Shown here one piece after another: positions 12,401 through 24,198 of a DNA stretch of 64,000 bases (positions are counted from its first letter, which is position 1; each line of letters begins with the position of its first letter). The notes beneath the pieces were generated by a model, which searched no databases, had not been told where the DNA came from, and was given only the letters and a program-made list of their open reading frames with translations. The translations under genes were made by a program, and so were the position numbers. The stretch comes from Phallusia mammillata (Eukaryota), in contig OZ281498.1 in assembly GCA_965637545.1 (NCBI GenBank), forward strand, positions 18,228,001 through 18,292,000. The letters are read 5' to 3'.

Positions 12401-15400
12401 CAGCGAAAAAGACATCGACTTACTCATTTCACAGTTTCGTCCACCGAATCCATCAACACAATAACACTTGTAGTAATGTTCAGTATTCACGCACGTTCCC
12501 CCGTTTTGACAAGGCTCAGCAAAGCAATACGACAATACTACAGCAGCAATAAGCAGAATGTTTGCTTACATGTTAAACCGGGGTTACAGGTCGGCCAGGC
12601 CTTAAATTTGTCGAAATCAAACGAATATAAGGCCCAAAGGTGAAAATTAAAGCACAATCGGAACCCTAGTGTAAATACGTGCCCGAGTAAAGCGCCGCTA
12701 AAGTATAATTATAGCCTGAACCCCAACACCATGAAAATTGAGTTGGCCGAGGACGGACTTACAACTCTTAGTTGGACTATGCATTTTTTCTCAAACAAAA
12801 CGGAACCAACCGGTTTCGCAAAATCTTCCTGTAAATCGCTTCATACACGTGCAAGAAATTTTGTTCAAGTTGTTTGTGCACTGACCGTGGTCTCCACAAG
12901 AAGTAAAATCAACGGACGGAGTATCTACATAAAAAGACAATGCAAAACTACTTATTTTAAAACGCTTCAGCTTCTCAAACTAAACTTTATCTATGTCAAC
13001 CTGCCAGCTAGATTGTATTGATAGACATAAATCTTTTTTATGTATGTAAAGGCAATATCGTTTATGTAACGTTTGAAAGTTTTGCTTAAATGTTTAACAG
13101 TTTTCCAGTAAAATAGAAATTAATGAGTCGATTTATGACGTACGGTAAATTTAATGCTTACCGAAATATGCTTTCCATTCCACAACAACATCAATCAGAT
13201 GCCACTGAATAGCATCGCCACTGTGTCTGGTTAGAGACGCAATGAAACCACCAGTACGAATGTCTTGCAGCTGGACATCAACCAATTTTGCAACTTGACC
13301 ACGTATGGACAAATCGACTCTAGAAGCATTTTGACTTTTGCATGAGTCGTATTTGATTGTCAAATTCCTTGTGTTGAAAATCCATTTATTGTTACTGACA
13401 ATTTTTTGACCTGTTACGTAACCTATAAGCATAGGAATTGGTAAAAAAGTATATATCATGTTGAGTAGAGTTTGCCAAACATGTTAAATTAAAACGCGAA
13501 TCTTAAAAACTGTTTGGCGAATTTACTACAATAAAAGACAGTGTAAGAAACAGGTTACAAATTTTTGCCCGTTAAAGCAGTGCTACAGTTCAAATAAATG
13601 TTTGTGTTTATTGCTAAACTTACTAATAGTGCAGTTTTGACCTGTTAAACCTTCTGGACATTGACACTGGTAATTGGTTTCATTCTCGGTACAGTTACCA
13701 CGATAGCAGGGCGAAGGATAACAAAATTGAAGTCCTACAAAAAAGTTAAAAAACGACTGAAAATATACTTTTTTTAATTTCACGTTAGCAGATTGAGCAT
13801 AAAAAAGCAGAGTTAATTAAAAACTATTTCTGTTGTTTGAAGTTTTCTGATTTTTTAATTCTCAATTATAAGGCTATGTTTTAGTTTTATTTACATGTTC
13901 GCCGCTCCCGTTAACTGAATGTATTGTGTTTTACTGCTTTTCTTTTCTGATGTTTTAATTGAAAGACGAATTAAAAATCAGTCCCAAACCAAATCAGAAA
14001 GTAAATGCAACTACATACTTTTAGGACTTACGCTTGTCACAAAATTCTCCGCTATACCCAGGTATGCAGTTACATATTCTTCCAGCTGGACTATTTTTGC
14101 AGCTATAATCATGAAAACATGGAGAATGCCGAAAGTCGTAAGAATCTACAGGTAAAAAATATGTAAACTACAGTGGTATACACAACCAAAATATTCTTTT
14201 AAAAGTTTATGAATATATATTTGCGATTAATGCTAAAACATTTTTAAGGCAATTCGGACTTTTAAGCGAGCCTGAAATTAGGGCTTTAAACCGGCTCGAA
14301 ACCAAAAATACAAGTTTGAAACCCGGCCCGAACCCTTTTTGTGTGTTTTTTTGTTTGAAAAACAGACCTCGAATCCAGCCAGAAATGTCAGTCTAAATCA
14401 AGCCTATTTGTATCTCAAACCCTAAAGCGACCAATTTCTTCACCAGAAACGTCCTTACAACTCGAATGCAAACCTGTCTGTGGTAGAGGCTAATTTCAAA
14501 TTTCAAAAAGTTTTAATTTTAAATACATTTTTGCTAAAACACGTTTTCGACTTTACCGAATATTGCTTGATAACGAAGATTTACGCTGAACTGACTCCAT
14601 CCAAAGTCATCACGATCAGTTCTCCATATTTTGACCTGAAACCCCCATTCGTATATACCGAGCACCGATGAGTTGAACGCGTCTGGAAAAGTGCTTGACC
14701 CCCTAACGCTCGTTTCCACTCGTATTGCCGTTCCAGTGTGGCATTTATCATAGGAAACGTTTCGCACTACACTAAACGGGGGCTCAAACACGTAGTGCGG
14801 TGGAATCACAACAGAACCACGAAGTTCAGGCTCTGTAGAAAACAAAACTGTGAAAATAAGTTTTGTTTGTTTCCATTTATCCACACGAAGTCAAGTAACA
14901 AAATAGTTCATAAGCTGCAGACAGTGCACAAGGTCGAAACAGTGTGCACTGTCTGCAGCTTATCATTTATTGGCTCTATATGCTTTTACTTTTTAAAATA
15001 GTTCATGTTTCTGATGCATCGCTATAAAATATGTTTGTTTAGGTCAGGGGTAACCAACAAGCGGCTCGCGAGCCGCGTGCGGCTCTGTGCCTGGTTTTAT
15101 GCGGCTCTTACGTCGTTGTCGAAGTTTTGGGGCACCATGTATACTTTGGTTAGTTTGTGGCTATGACAATTTTGCTTTTGAACAAACTTACTATTGGTAT
15201 GGCCACAAACCTTGAAACTGCAACCTCATCAGACATGAATCTTACCGCAAGGTACTGATAGAAAGAGAAACAAAAGATAGTTTAATTTACATGTTTTTGT
15301 TTGTGGGATTCGTTAAAATGAGATGTTACAGATATAGTGAAACTGTAAATGTTAAAAGCTATAGCTAAAATGCTGAATTGTCAGTTGTGGAACCTCTAGC

Positions 15401-18400
15401 CGCGTGCTAGTAAACCCTGGTTACTCAACAGTTGGTATGTTTTATGTTCTTATTTGATTTGTGTTTAACTTGTGTCAAAGTGTATTAAATCCGTAACTGG
15501 ACTTATTACAAGTAATTTGGGAGTAATCTAATGTAGAATATGACCGATCTATGTAGATTTAATTTGAAACCTGTGTGTACTGTTAAAACTGCTTATTGTG
15601 TGATGGTCGCTATGACGTCATAATGTGTGCGTTTGGCTTATGTATGTTATTTGTGGTTACAGAAAAACCGTTGCCGTTGCTATTGACGTTGTCTTGGTTT
15701 ATTCTTCAGCGTTGCCTATTATTGTCAAAAAAGAACATTCGTTGCAAATGCAAGAGTGGGTCGTCTTGGTTTATTCTTCAGCGTTGCCTATTATTGTCAG
15801 AAAAGAACATTCGTTGCAAATGCAAGAGTGGGTTGTCTTGGAGGACAGGCTGTAGGACGGGCGCGTTTTACAAAAAGGGTTACCTAGTGTGACGAACGGC
15901 GCAGGGCCAGGCTGCGCACCTAGCGGTCGTTACAATGAGAGTTTTTGTGTGTTAGGCAGTGCAAACCACTCATTGTTGAAAATGACTAGCCTGTGGTCTG
16001 TACAAGTCAAATTGTGTCATTATTATGTTTGGGTGCGACATTTAGAATAAATCCGATTAAGAACAAGTGTGTGAGAAAGGGCCGATCCCAAGCAATGAAC
16101 ACGTGTGCACATGTGTAATGTGGCTCTTTGTGGTAATACAGTAACAAATGTGGCTCTTAGGCTTTGCCTGGCTGGCCACCCCTGTTTACGTAGTTTCCAT
16201 ATTGTTTTCATTTTTTAAGTACATTAAAGATGCATATTGTTAAAGTTGTAATACACTAAATTATATTTTTTCAAATCATATTTAAGACCCATCAACAAAA
16301 CCACGGGGGTATGTTTGAAAACAAAGCATTGTTTAAATAACAAATACTTTTTCTGCAAGAACTTTCATTTGAAGTTTTTGTAACGTGAAATATGAACGTA
16401 TTTTTGACCTGCTTTTGCTCAAAGTTTCCGGAGACATTAAATGTAATAATTATACTGACCAATTTCACAACGGTATCCACTAAAGTGTCCGGGACACTTG
16501 CAATAAAACGATAATTGGGTGTCGACGCACGTGCCGTTGTTTTTACACGGATCGGATGCACAGAAACGAACATCTACAAAGAAAAAAATACTTTTTAGCA
16601 TGTTTATTTCTTAGTAGTCATGACAAGCGCAAAATACCAATAACAGAAAACCTTTTCAGTTAAAACAGTTTGTTTGATATCACAGATTTTAATTTAAAAA
16701 CATGACCATTGTACTAATCGAATAAGTGCGAATTGTCTGCAGGCTACTTATCATACATTTTTGTTGTGTTCGTTTTTTAAACTGGTAGTATAACCTACAA
16801 ACCGAAATTGTTCCCAGTCTGTATGTAACGGACAGTAACGCTCCCCTACAACAAAAACCTTTCCCGGTTAGTGTCGCAGTGGTATCTGAGTTAGTTGTGA
16901 GTGTATTAGGAACTTGGCCAAACGGTCTGGCGCGCCTGACCCATATGCAGACATAAAAAAACCTTGATCGGGATTCGTCCCCGGGAGAGTCCTGGGTTCG
17001 AACCCCGTGGAAAAAAAAATTTAAAAAAAAAAAAAAAAGTTGTGTTATACTTTTATGTAAAGTGCAAGTAAGATTGTTTGGACTATTTTGTAGTTATGAC
17101 GTTCTTTTTTCTATTTGGTTTAGGTGTTAAAAATCGTTTTCAATAACTCTTCATTTCTATAAAGTGCATGTGAAACTGACAGCTCTTATTCTGCCAGTCA
17201 AGAGACTGAAAGGTAGAATTGGCACAATGCTTGAGTTCTACGCTGCACATTAGGTTAAAAACTACGTTTCAGTCGTAACTTACGAAAGTCACAAAGCCTT
17301 CCAGTATATCTTTCTGAACAAGTGCAAACAAATCCATCCATCGTATTCGTGCACACGCCATGGTTCCAGCATGGATTGGTGTCAAAATAAATGGGTTCTT
17401 ATGAGAAAACATTATCAGGTCAAATGTCTCAGGCATATTACCTCAGTTTGAACGTACCGAAGTATGCTTTCCACTCAATCATTGCATTAGATACATTTAT
17501 TTTGGTTTTCAATTCGCTTGATATTTTGGCAACAAATCCCCACAGATGAATTTGACTCACTTGAACTTCCTCAAAGTCTGATGTGTTGTGACGCATGAAA
17601 ACCTTCACTTTTGTAGCTTTTGTTGCTTTGCAGATGCCATATACTATTGTGATATTTTCCCTATCAGGTTCAAACTTTAAATCGGTTTCTCCAGTAATGT
17701 ATCCTGAACGTAAAAAAAGCGTTTTTGGGATACAAGGTGTGCATAGAAATCATGGAACTTTTGCACTTAAAAACAAGCATTAGTACTTTAAGGTCAGTGA
17801 ATTTTCACATTTTTCTTGTTAAAAAAAGTAGTTGCTTTTATGTCAAATCAAAGTTAACAAATAGTGCTTTACCTTTGTATTTGATAAGTTGTTTTTAAAT
17901 TGTACAGAACACAGTTTACTTACTAAACAAACAGTGGTCCCCGCCATACGAAGTTGGGCACAGGCATTTGTAGCCATTTAACAAATCAACACACGTTCCA
18001 TTATTGTTGCATGGGTTTACAAGGCAATGAACAGGCTCTGCAATCAATCAATGCAATTTCAACACTTAAATGAAGAATGATCAATTTCAAAAGTATTTTG
18101 AAATCAGTGTGCTTGTAATGGTCAACAGGGTCAACAGTCCCAGTGGTTAGGAGGAAATCACAAACGGCTTACAAAGTTTTGTATTGTTTCCTGTTACCAC
18201 ATTCTTAAACATGTTGCCCAGTACTAAAGATTTTGTACGATTTCACTTGCATGTTGTTGCAAACATAATACATATTGAATGAAGTGTACTTGTTGTGGAA
18301 CTGTTAAAAAATATATGGTAACTAACAAAACGATATATAGCGATAAAATGGTTAAGTTTGTTACATTACCCAAAAAATGTTCCATTTAATATACATACAC

Positions 18401-18598
18401 TTACAATTCTCTAGGTTCACCACAAATACAGAAAATACTCAAACAATATTTTTGAGGAAAACAGGAAAACGCATGATACCATGCGGTATTTACATGCATC
18501 CATGTTTAAAAACAGCACTTTAAAAAAAACTCACCATTTATGCAAATTCCCAGTTCAGCAAAGGCAAGAAATAATAACAATTTGTAGATAAACGACAT
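9410..18598 (-). CDS. Gene B: secreted protein, signal peptide + one 6-Cys EGF + 5x[D + EGF + EGF] + short tail (~888 aa predicted)
   Basis: Exons: SP 18535-18598 (MSFIYKLLLFLAFAELGICING); EGF 17924-18037; D 17458-17703; EGF 17284-17397, 16460-16573; D 14557-14832; EGF 14032-14145, 13624-13734; D 13162-13422; EGF 12811-12924, 12424-12537; D 11765-12025; EGF 10871-10987, 10695-10808; D 10091-10354; EGF 9827-9940, 9599-9712; terminal 9410-9450 (DIVKIANSNSTLA*). Exon lengths sum to 2667 nt, in frame. Confidence 0.88.
11217..11341 (-). mobile_element. Short hammerhead-motif retroelement (family 1)
   Basis: 13-bp direct repeat GTTTCCTTCTTTT at 11204-11216 and 11342-11354. Minus-strand core CTGATGA-C-GAC-AA-CCT-GTAT-AGG-AC-GTC-GAAA-CGTC at 11257-11292. 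Terminal inverted segments TTTGTAGAGCTT...AAGCTCTACAAA. Confidence 0.7.
14912..14994. mobile_element. Collapsed palindromic copy of hammerhead-motif element (family 2)
   Basis: AAGCTGCAGACAGTGCACA-AGGTC-GAAACAGTGTGCACTGTCTGCAGCTT; 12-bp TSD AAAATAGTTCAT at 14900-14911 and 14995-15006. The paralogous intron of gene C (~27450-27465) has the site once, with no insert. Confidence 0.72.
15045..16184. mobile_element. hAT-type non-autonomous element with an internal 72-bp tandem duplication
   Basis: Ends CAGGGGTAACCAAC...GCTGGCCACCCCTG; imperfect TSD (GTTTAGGT versus GTTTACGT, overlapping the terminal G); 72-bp unit at 15691-15762 and 15763-15834. Confidence 0.7.
16908..17038 (+). mobile_element. 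tRNA-derived SINE-like element or tRNA pseudogene with an A-rich tail
   Basis: A-box-like TGGCCAAACGG, stem CCTGA/TCGGG around an intron-sized loop, B-box GGTTCGAACCC, then poly-A. No acceptor stem. A diverged second copy lies on the minus strand at ~34185-34275. Confidence 0.55.
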
Positions 18599-18957
18599 GT
18601 TTTACCTTTCCTGCAAACTAGTCGCACTGCATGCAGTCGAAAAACGCGTTGAAATCTTTCTCTCGATCAAACGTTTTTCTTTGATGCATATCTGCCTTGA
18701 TCACTTCACTTAACATTATGTTTCAGTGCTTTCCGAAAGTTTCCGAATTATGATATGACCGCTTTCGAAGTGGCTGTTAAAGTTTCGTACAATACAGTTT
18801 CAATAACAAAAACATAAATGGTATACACTCACGGAAGTTGTGATGGTGTCGTAAATGCAAATTTAAGCGATGTTATGGGAATGCATTGTTGTTTCTTTAC
18901 AGTTTATCGCTCAAACTGAAAAATATATTGTGTTGTGTACTTGCGTTTATTGTTCAG

Positions 18958-19208
18958 ACACAGATGGCAAGGATTGCAGAAATCCATTGACAACTACCAG
19001 TACAAATTTACAAACATCGGCTGAAGCCCAGCGTACAGCGAAAACCACCGAGATTTTATCTGCAACGACTATGAGTAGTAATTTTACAATCACAAATACA
19101 AACTTAACGACCAGTCGAAATCATCAGACATCGACTGAAACGCCATATCCAACAGAATCACCTTCAACATCAACAACTGCAACACACGGCAACGCGACTT
19201 TGAACACA
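18958..19208 (+). CDS. Isolated Ser/Thr-rich (mucin-like) candidate exon between genes B and C
   Basis: The acceptor tttattgttcAG at 18957 and donor GTAAGT at 19209 bracket an open frame DTDGKDCRNPLTTTSTNLQTS...PTESPSTSTTATHGNATLNT. I could not identify flanking exons with confidence. Confidence 0.45.
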
Positions 19209-19889
19209 GTAAGTCAAAAAAGACAGCTCTATTGAACAAAGCTTCTGTAAGCAAAAACGATGCTTTACTTGCAACATCTTAATTATTGGTTAAAAATTAC
19301 CGTTTTTTTTATTTGCTCTGACGTCTCGTGAACACGCCCCGGTTGCAGCTTGGAACCTCACACGAGGGGGGATTGAAACACGATTCCTAAAGGTTTCCAA
19401 CAAGCATTCCACACAGATAGAGTGTTTTGTAGATCTTATATTCAAACACTTTCAATGAAGAGGACGGTGGAAGGCGTTAGAAACGACAGAAGACGGTTTC
19501 TACAAAGACATGGCATTAGCACTGCGCTTTAAATGTAGAAATGTAACTTTTAGCTCACCAACTGTTATGGGAACCGGAAGGAAACATATAACATGGGCAA
19601 TCTCAGAAATCACTGGCGCACACCTAAATAAACAATAAAACATGAGACCACCATATGCCAGTACGACGTCATACACAATGCTTACCAAGCTATGTAGAGC
19701 AACAGTGTTGAAAAGTCACGCTTCAGGTGAGTATCGTACAAGAACGCTGCGTAAACAATTACAACTTTACCAACTTGAATGAACCCTACTACACGTATAG
19801 TACAACCATTAAAAAGCGAAATGACATTTTAATTCATTGCAGTTAAGTTCGCATTCGTTATAGTAATTCACATTTTGGAGTCATTAAAC

Positions 19890-19912
19890 ATATATATATA
19901 TATATATATATA
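19890..19912. repeat. (TA)n microsatellite
   Basis: Direct reading of an AT dinucleotide run. Confidence 0.85.
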
Positions 19913-20598
19913 CAAAGTGACTCACCAATAATCGTCAACACGACAATAAACGGCTTTCTAGTACAACCGACGCAGCACCACGCTCCACGGAAGTCAGCAA
20001 CGAAAAGAACTAAACCACGTTGCGTTATCACACAAAACTAGCAGTCGATTATTGCGTCACGCAACGCAATAGATTACAACACAAGTTTTACTGATGAAAT
20101 GCGGGAATCAATAGAATTTGGCGATTACTGGCAAACAGGATGTAACATTTGTACTGTTATCTGGAAGTATCCACACCTATAATAGTGCATTTAACGCCTT
20201 TGTTTTACTACATTTGATTCGTGGAAATAAGTCATCACAGAAATTTATGATTTTGACTTACTTTCTTTAAGGTCATATTTTTCTTCCGCAACTACATCAA
20301 ACACAAGTTTACAAATTGACCAGATTCGAGAAGCAAAATTGTTGATACATGCTAGAAGCATTGAATGACACTCGCTCGTTTACGACACATTATGAGGTAA
20401 GCGAATGTCATCGATTTTCAAGGAAGGCTCGCAATCAAACATTGATACAAAAAAAAGGAAAACCTGAACTTACTAACAAATCATAGCGACAGGAATAAAA
20501 AAAGAGATTGTGTTGAATCCAATTAATAATGTGGGTACAACTATTGGAAGAAATAACAAACAACAAGTTGATAATGTAATCTATGCTTTGGACTTACT

Positions 20599-20827
20599 TG
20601 TAATAGCGGACGCATGACAAGAAGGAAGTATTGCAGACTATTTACAAAATATACACATGGAGCGGCTTCTCTCACTACCGTTATCGTTTGGTTTCATACT
20701 ACAGCGAATCGGACAGATTGCCTTCTTTCTTTGACTCTCGTCTTATGCGGCGTATTTGCACATTGTGTTGTTCTATTACAATGTACCTCGAATAAACACC
20801 TCGCAACATTGGTGACCCCGACGTGAT
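20599..20827 (+). mobile_element. LTR-retrotransposon remnant: LTR 3' end plus tRNA-Trp primer-binding site
   Basis: AATAAA at 20791-20796, LTR-like end ...GCAACA at 20808, then TGGTGACCCCGACGTGAT at 20810-20827. From recall, these 18 nt are complementary to the 3' end of eukaryotic tRNA-Trp(CCA). The left boundary is a guess (TGTAAT at 20599). No gag/pol follows. Confidence 0.65.
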
Positions 20828-23132
20828 AAGAAATAGGGAACAACTTGAATCTAAGATACGTTATCGCGTCCATGACAACTTGTTTGATTAAATTTGCGTG
20901 ATAATCGATTTATGTCGCTATCAATTGTCAACTTTCGCAACTCATCACAAATTACTATAGCCACAACACAAGTAAAGGAAAACATTTTCATCCTGTGATA
21001 TTAGTTTTAATCTAATCTAGTGCGTTGTGGTCCAAAACCATCATGAAGGCCAATGTTTTAATTTAATTTTAAAATTATTTTACCAATAATTTAAAAATTA
21101 CTAATAATTTAAAAACTCAGTCGTCAATTAATCTGTTTTTTATTTTGTATGTGGTGTCTTTAGTCAATTTAAAAGAAAAACGTCTGCAATATATTCATAA
21201 GTGTAACAAAAAGAAACGACAGGGAGTCAATATACAAGGTCTAATATTTGACAGCATTTAAGTGTCAGCAGTCAGTTTTGGGATGAACACAAATATTACA
21301 TGACAAGATAACGATACAATGCGAAAGAAAAACTTCGAATTTTTCTCGGATAAGAACCACTGATTAAACCTATGTGGAATTGTTGTTTTCTATCTGGGTA
21401 ATGTCTGAAAGTAAAAACAAACTAATTATACAAACATATATGTTTTAATTTCAGGTTTAATACAGGAATATCAGTTCCTGCTAACGTATACATTTACCTT
21501 ATAAGGTATAGGAAAAATCACAGCAACACTTTTTAGTTAAAGTTTTGTACAGAACAAATATAAGTAAAAAAACGGCTACCTATCGAGCACTTCCTTCCGA
21601 CAAATCCGCTCAAACATTTACACTGAAAACGACGCTTGGTCAAATTCATACAATTGCCACCATTAAGACATGGATTGGGTTGACATAGGTCCACTAAAAT
21701 TTAGAATGATTGTTAGCAAACATAAACCTGGCTTCGTAGACTTGCTTGATGTGGTTTAAAATAAACCTTTTCAATCAGAGTTTTGCAAACAAATGTTTTG
21801 TAGATAACTCTTTTTTTTAAACTGAAAAAAGGATGTAAGCCCCCCAAGCAACCTCAGTATATGTGAACCTTGTTTCACAACATGGGACTAACATAGTTAA
21901 ACTGATGCGTGAAAACAATTTACATTTTTCAACTGAACACGAGTTTTTGCTGGCAATATCGCAAGCTTGTTTACCTTTTCTGCACTTAGGTCCGATGTAT
22001 CCCAAAGGACAAGTGCATTTAAAACCATCTGGTGTGTTTTGACAAGTTCCACCATTGAAACAGAACTGGTCGTTAAATAAACTTTCATCTGTTAAAACGA
22101 AACAAAAAAATAAAGAATGTGTAAATTAAAGTTCATTAATAATTATTGAAATGCAAGGTCTTATCAAAATGTACTAGATGAAAGATGTGATTGTAAAGTT
22201 ATTGTGTAGGTAACATATCTTTACCGAAAAATGCTTTCCAGTACACCATTACTGTTGGCTGTTCCCAACCGAAGCGTCTATCTGTTCTTCTGACATAAGC
22301 TTTAAATCCAAATCGCTTGATTTCTATATCAGTCACCTCAAAACGACCGCGCAGATTTTTGTCGCCCAAGGCAAAAGCAGTTACGGTTTTTGCTGGTTTC
22401 ATGTGGCACTTTTCATAATATACTTTAACTGATTTTGTGTGTATTCGGCCATAATTACGACCAACAGCATATGTTCCGGTGCCAATTTCTGAAAAATATT
22501 AGTATGATTAAATAATTGCTTCATAAAACTTTTAAGTTTGCATGTAGTGGCAACAGAACTGGTAACACATTGCCGAAGTTTCTTGTGGTGTTTAGGATGC
22601 AAAACTTTTTAACAAAGGAAATCAATTTTATAGGTAGTATTTGTGTGCTAGGTAAAGTTGCGTTTTCATACAACGAAAAAATAAGTTACCAAAGCTTTAA
22701 ATTTTGTCACTGGCTAAAAATGGTAAACTCTGTATTCACACAATACAGCTGTGCCTAGTTTTATGACAAGTCAGTTTCACACAAAACGTACGTAATGAAC
22801 AGTCTTTGCCGGCGTAGCCTTCAGAGCAAGAACAGTTAAATCCAGTGTTTGTTGTAACACACAAACCGCCGTTTTTACATGGTAATGTAGAGCAGTTGCG
22901 GATCTCTTCATTTAAAAGATTGTTATTTTGGACCTATTAAATCTCTTAGTTTCTGAAGAGAATTTTGTTTTACCTTCTTGGCACAATTTGCCTTTGTATT
23001 GTGCTGTACAGTTGCATGTAAACTCACGCAAATTAATTATCGAACATTCAGCTCCGTTCTGACATAGGTTCGTTGCAAAGTCGCTTGAATCTAAGATACA
23101 CAATTTGTAGCTTTAATTATCTGTTATGAAAG

Positions 23133-23301
23133 ATAGCTGCAGACAGTGCACACTGTTTCGACCCATAAGGTCTCATCAATGCAGCTGGTGACGAGAGATC
23201 ATGCATATTGGCTAGTGTAGCCATCCTACGGCACTCCAGTTTGTTGGGAGTAACAAGTGCACTGACCGCAGCTTATTATTCACTTACTGGATGCTTTACA
23301 T
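23133..23301 (-). mobile_element. Short hammerhead-motif retroelement (family 2)
   Basis: 11-bp TSD TGTTATGAAAG at 23122-23132 and 23302-23312; contains a three-stem hammerhead fold at 23135-23186 and an inverted partial tail. Confidence 0.72.
23135..23186 (-). ncRNA. Type I hammerhead ribozyme motif (U3 variant)
   Basis: Minus strand: AGCUGCA-UUGAUGA-GACC-UUAUG-GGUC-GAA-ACAGU-GUGC-ACU-GUC-UGCAGCU. Stem I 7 bp, stem II 4 bp, stem III 5 bp, GUC cleavage triplet. The only core deviation is C3->U. Confidence 0.65.
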
Positions 23302-24198
23302 TGTTATGAAAGGGTTACTGCAGAGTTTTAAATCTACACGATGATTGTTTTAATAATAATATGCAGATATGAAGCTAAGCAGCATCCTCATATATTGCTC
23401 TAAGCATGCGTACCGATCTTGCGAATATTGATCGATTTGTATACATTTTAAATCAAGATACTTGTAAACAAAGAAAACAAAACTTTGCCGAATAGGACGG
23501 AAAATATAAAATTATATATGTGCAAACACGTTTTTACAGCAGACACAGCCGAGGAGACAAGGTAGCACCCAATACGCCACACCAGTAAGAGCCTTTGAAT
23601 ATCAAACTTGAAAAATAAATTGCTGATTTTTTATTGTATAAATTTGATGTAATTTAGGGCCCATCTAGATGTAGTGTTGGAAAAGAGCCCCTAAATTATT
23701 TCACAATTTTCCCGCTCAAAGAGTCGGTTTGCATATATGACTTGGTACAAATGTCTTTTACCGAAAAGAGCCGTAAAACGGAGTGACAGGCGATCATAGT
23801 ATCTGTCGGCTGCGACATACGAACGATGGACAGTGACTTGAAAACCGTTCTTTTGCACCCAGAAAGTTCGAGCCGTGTAGTCATCAGGGAAATTTCCAAG
23901 ACTGACCAATTCCACTGCAATTGTTCTTGGAACTTTGTTATAGCATTCGTCGAATAGCAATGTAATATCTTGGTGCCATCTCTTTCTGTCAATCTCAACG
24001 TGGCGGATTCCGGTCACCGCACCTCAAAACGAAAAGTAAACTATGCACAAAATGTTTGCTATTGCGTTAGTCTTTTGAGAAAAAAACTGTCTTTAAGAGT
24101 AAGTAGTTACGGCGTGTTTTACTATAAACGCATTTATTTTATTACCATATACTTCTGCTATTTCGGTCACGTGGTAATTTTGTACATTTCCTCTAGGG

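Noticed and set aside
15596-15892. ORFs with an internal 24-aa repeat
   Set aside because: A by-product of the 72-bp tandem duplication inside a transposon.
16908-17000. Functional tRNA gene (apparent CAT anticodon)
   Set aside because: No acceptor stem pairing, C at position 33, an imperfect T-stem and a poly-A tail; better explained as a SINE or pseudogene.
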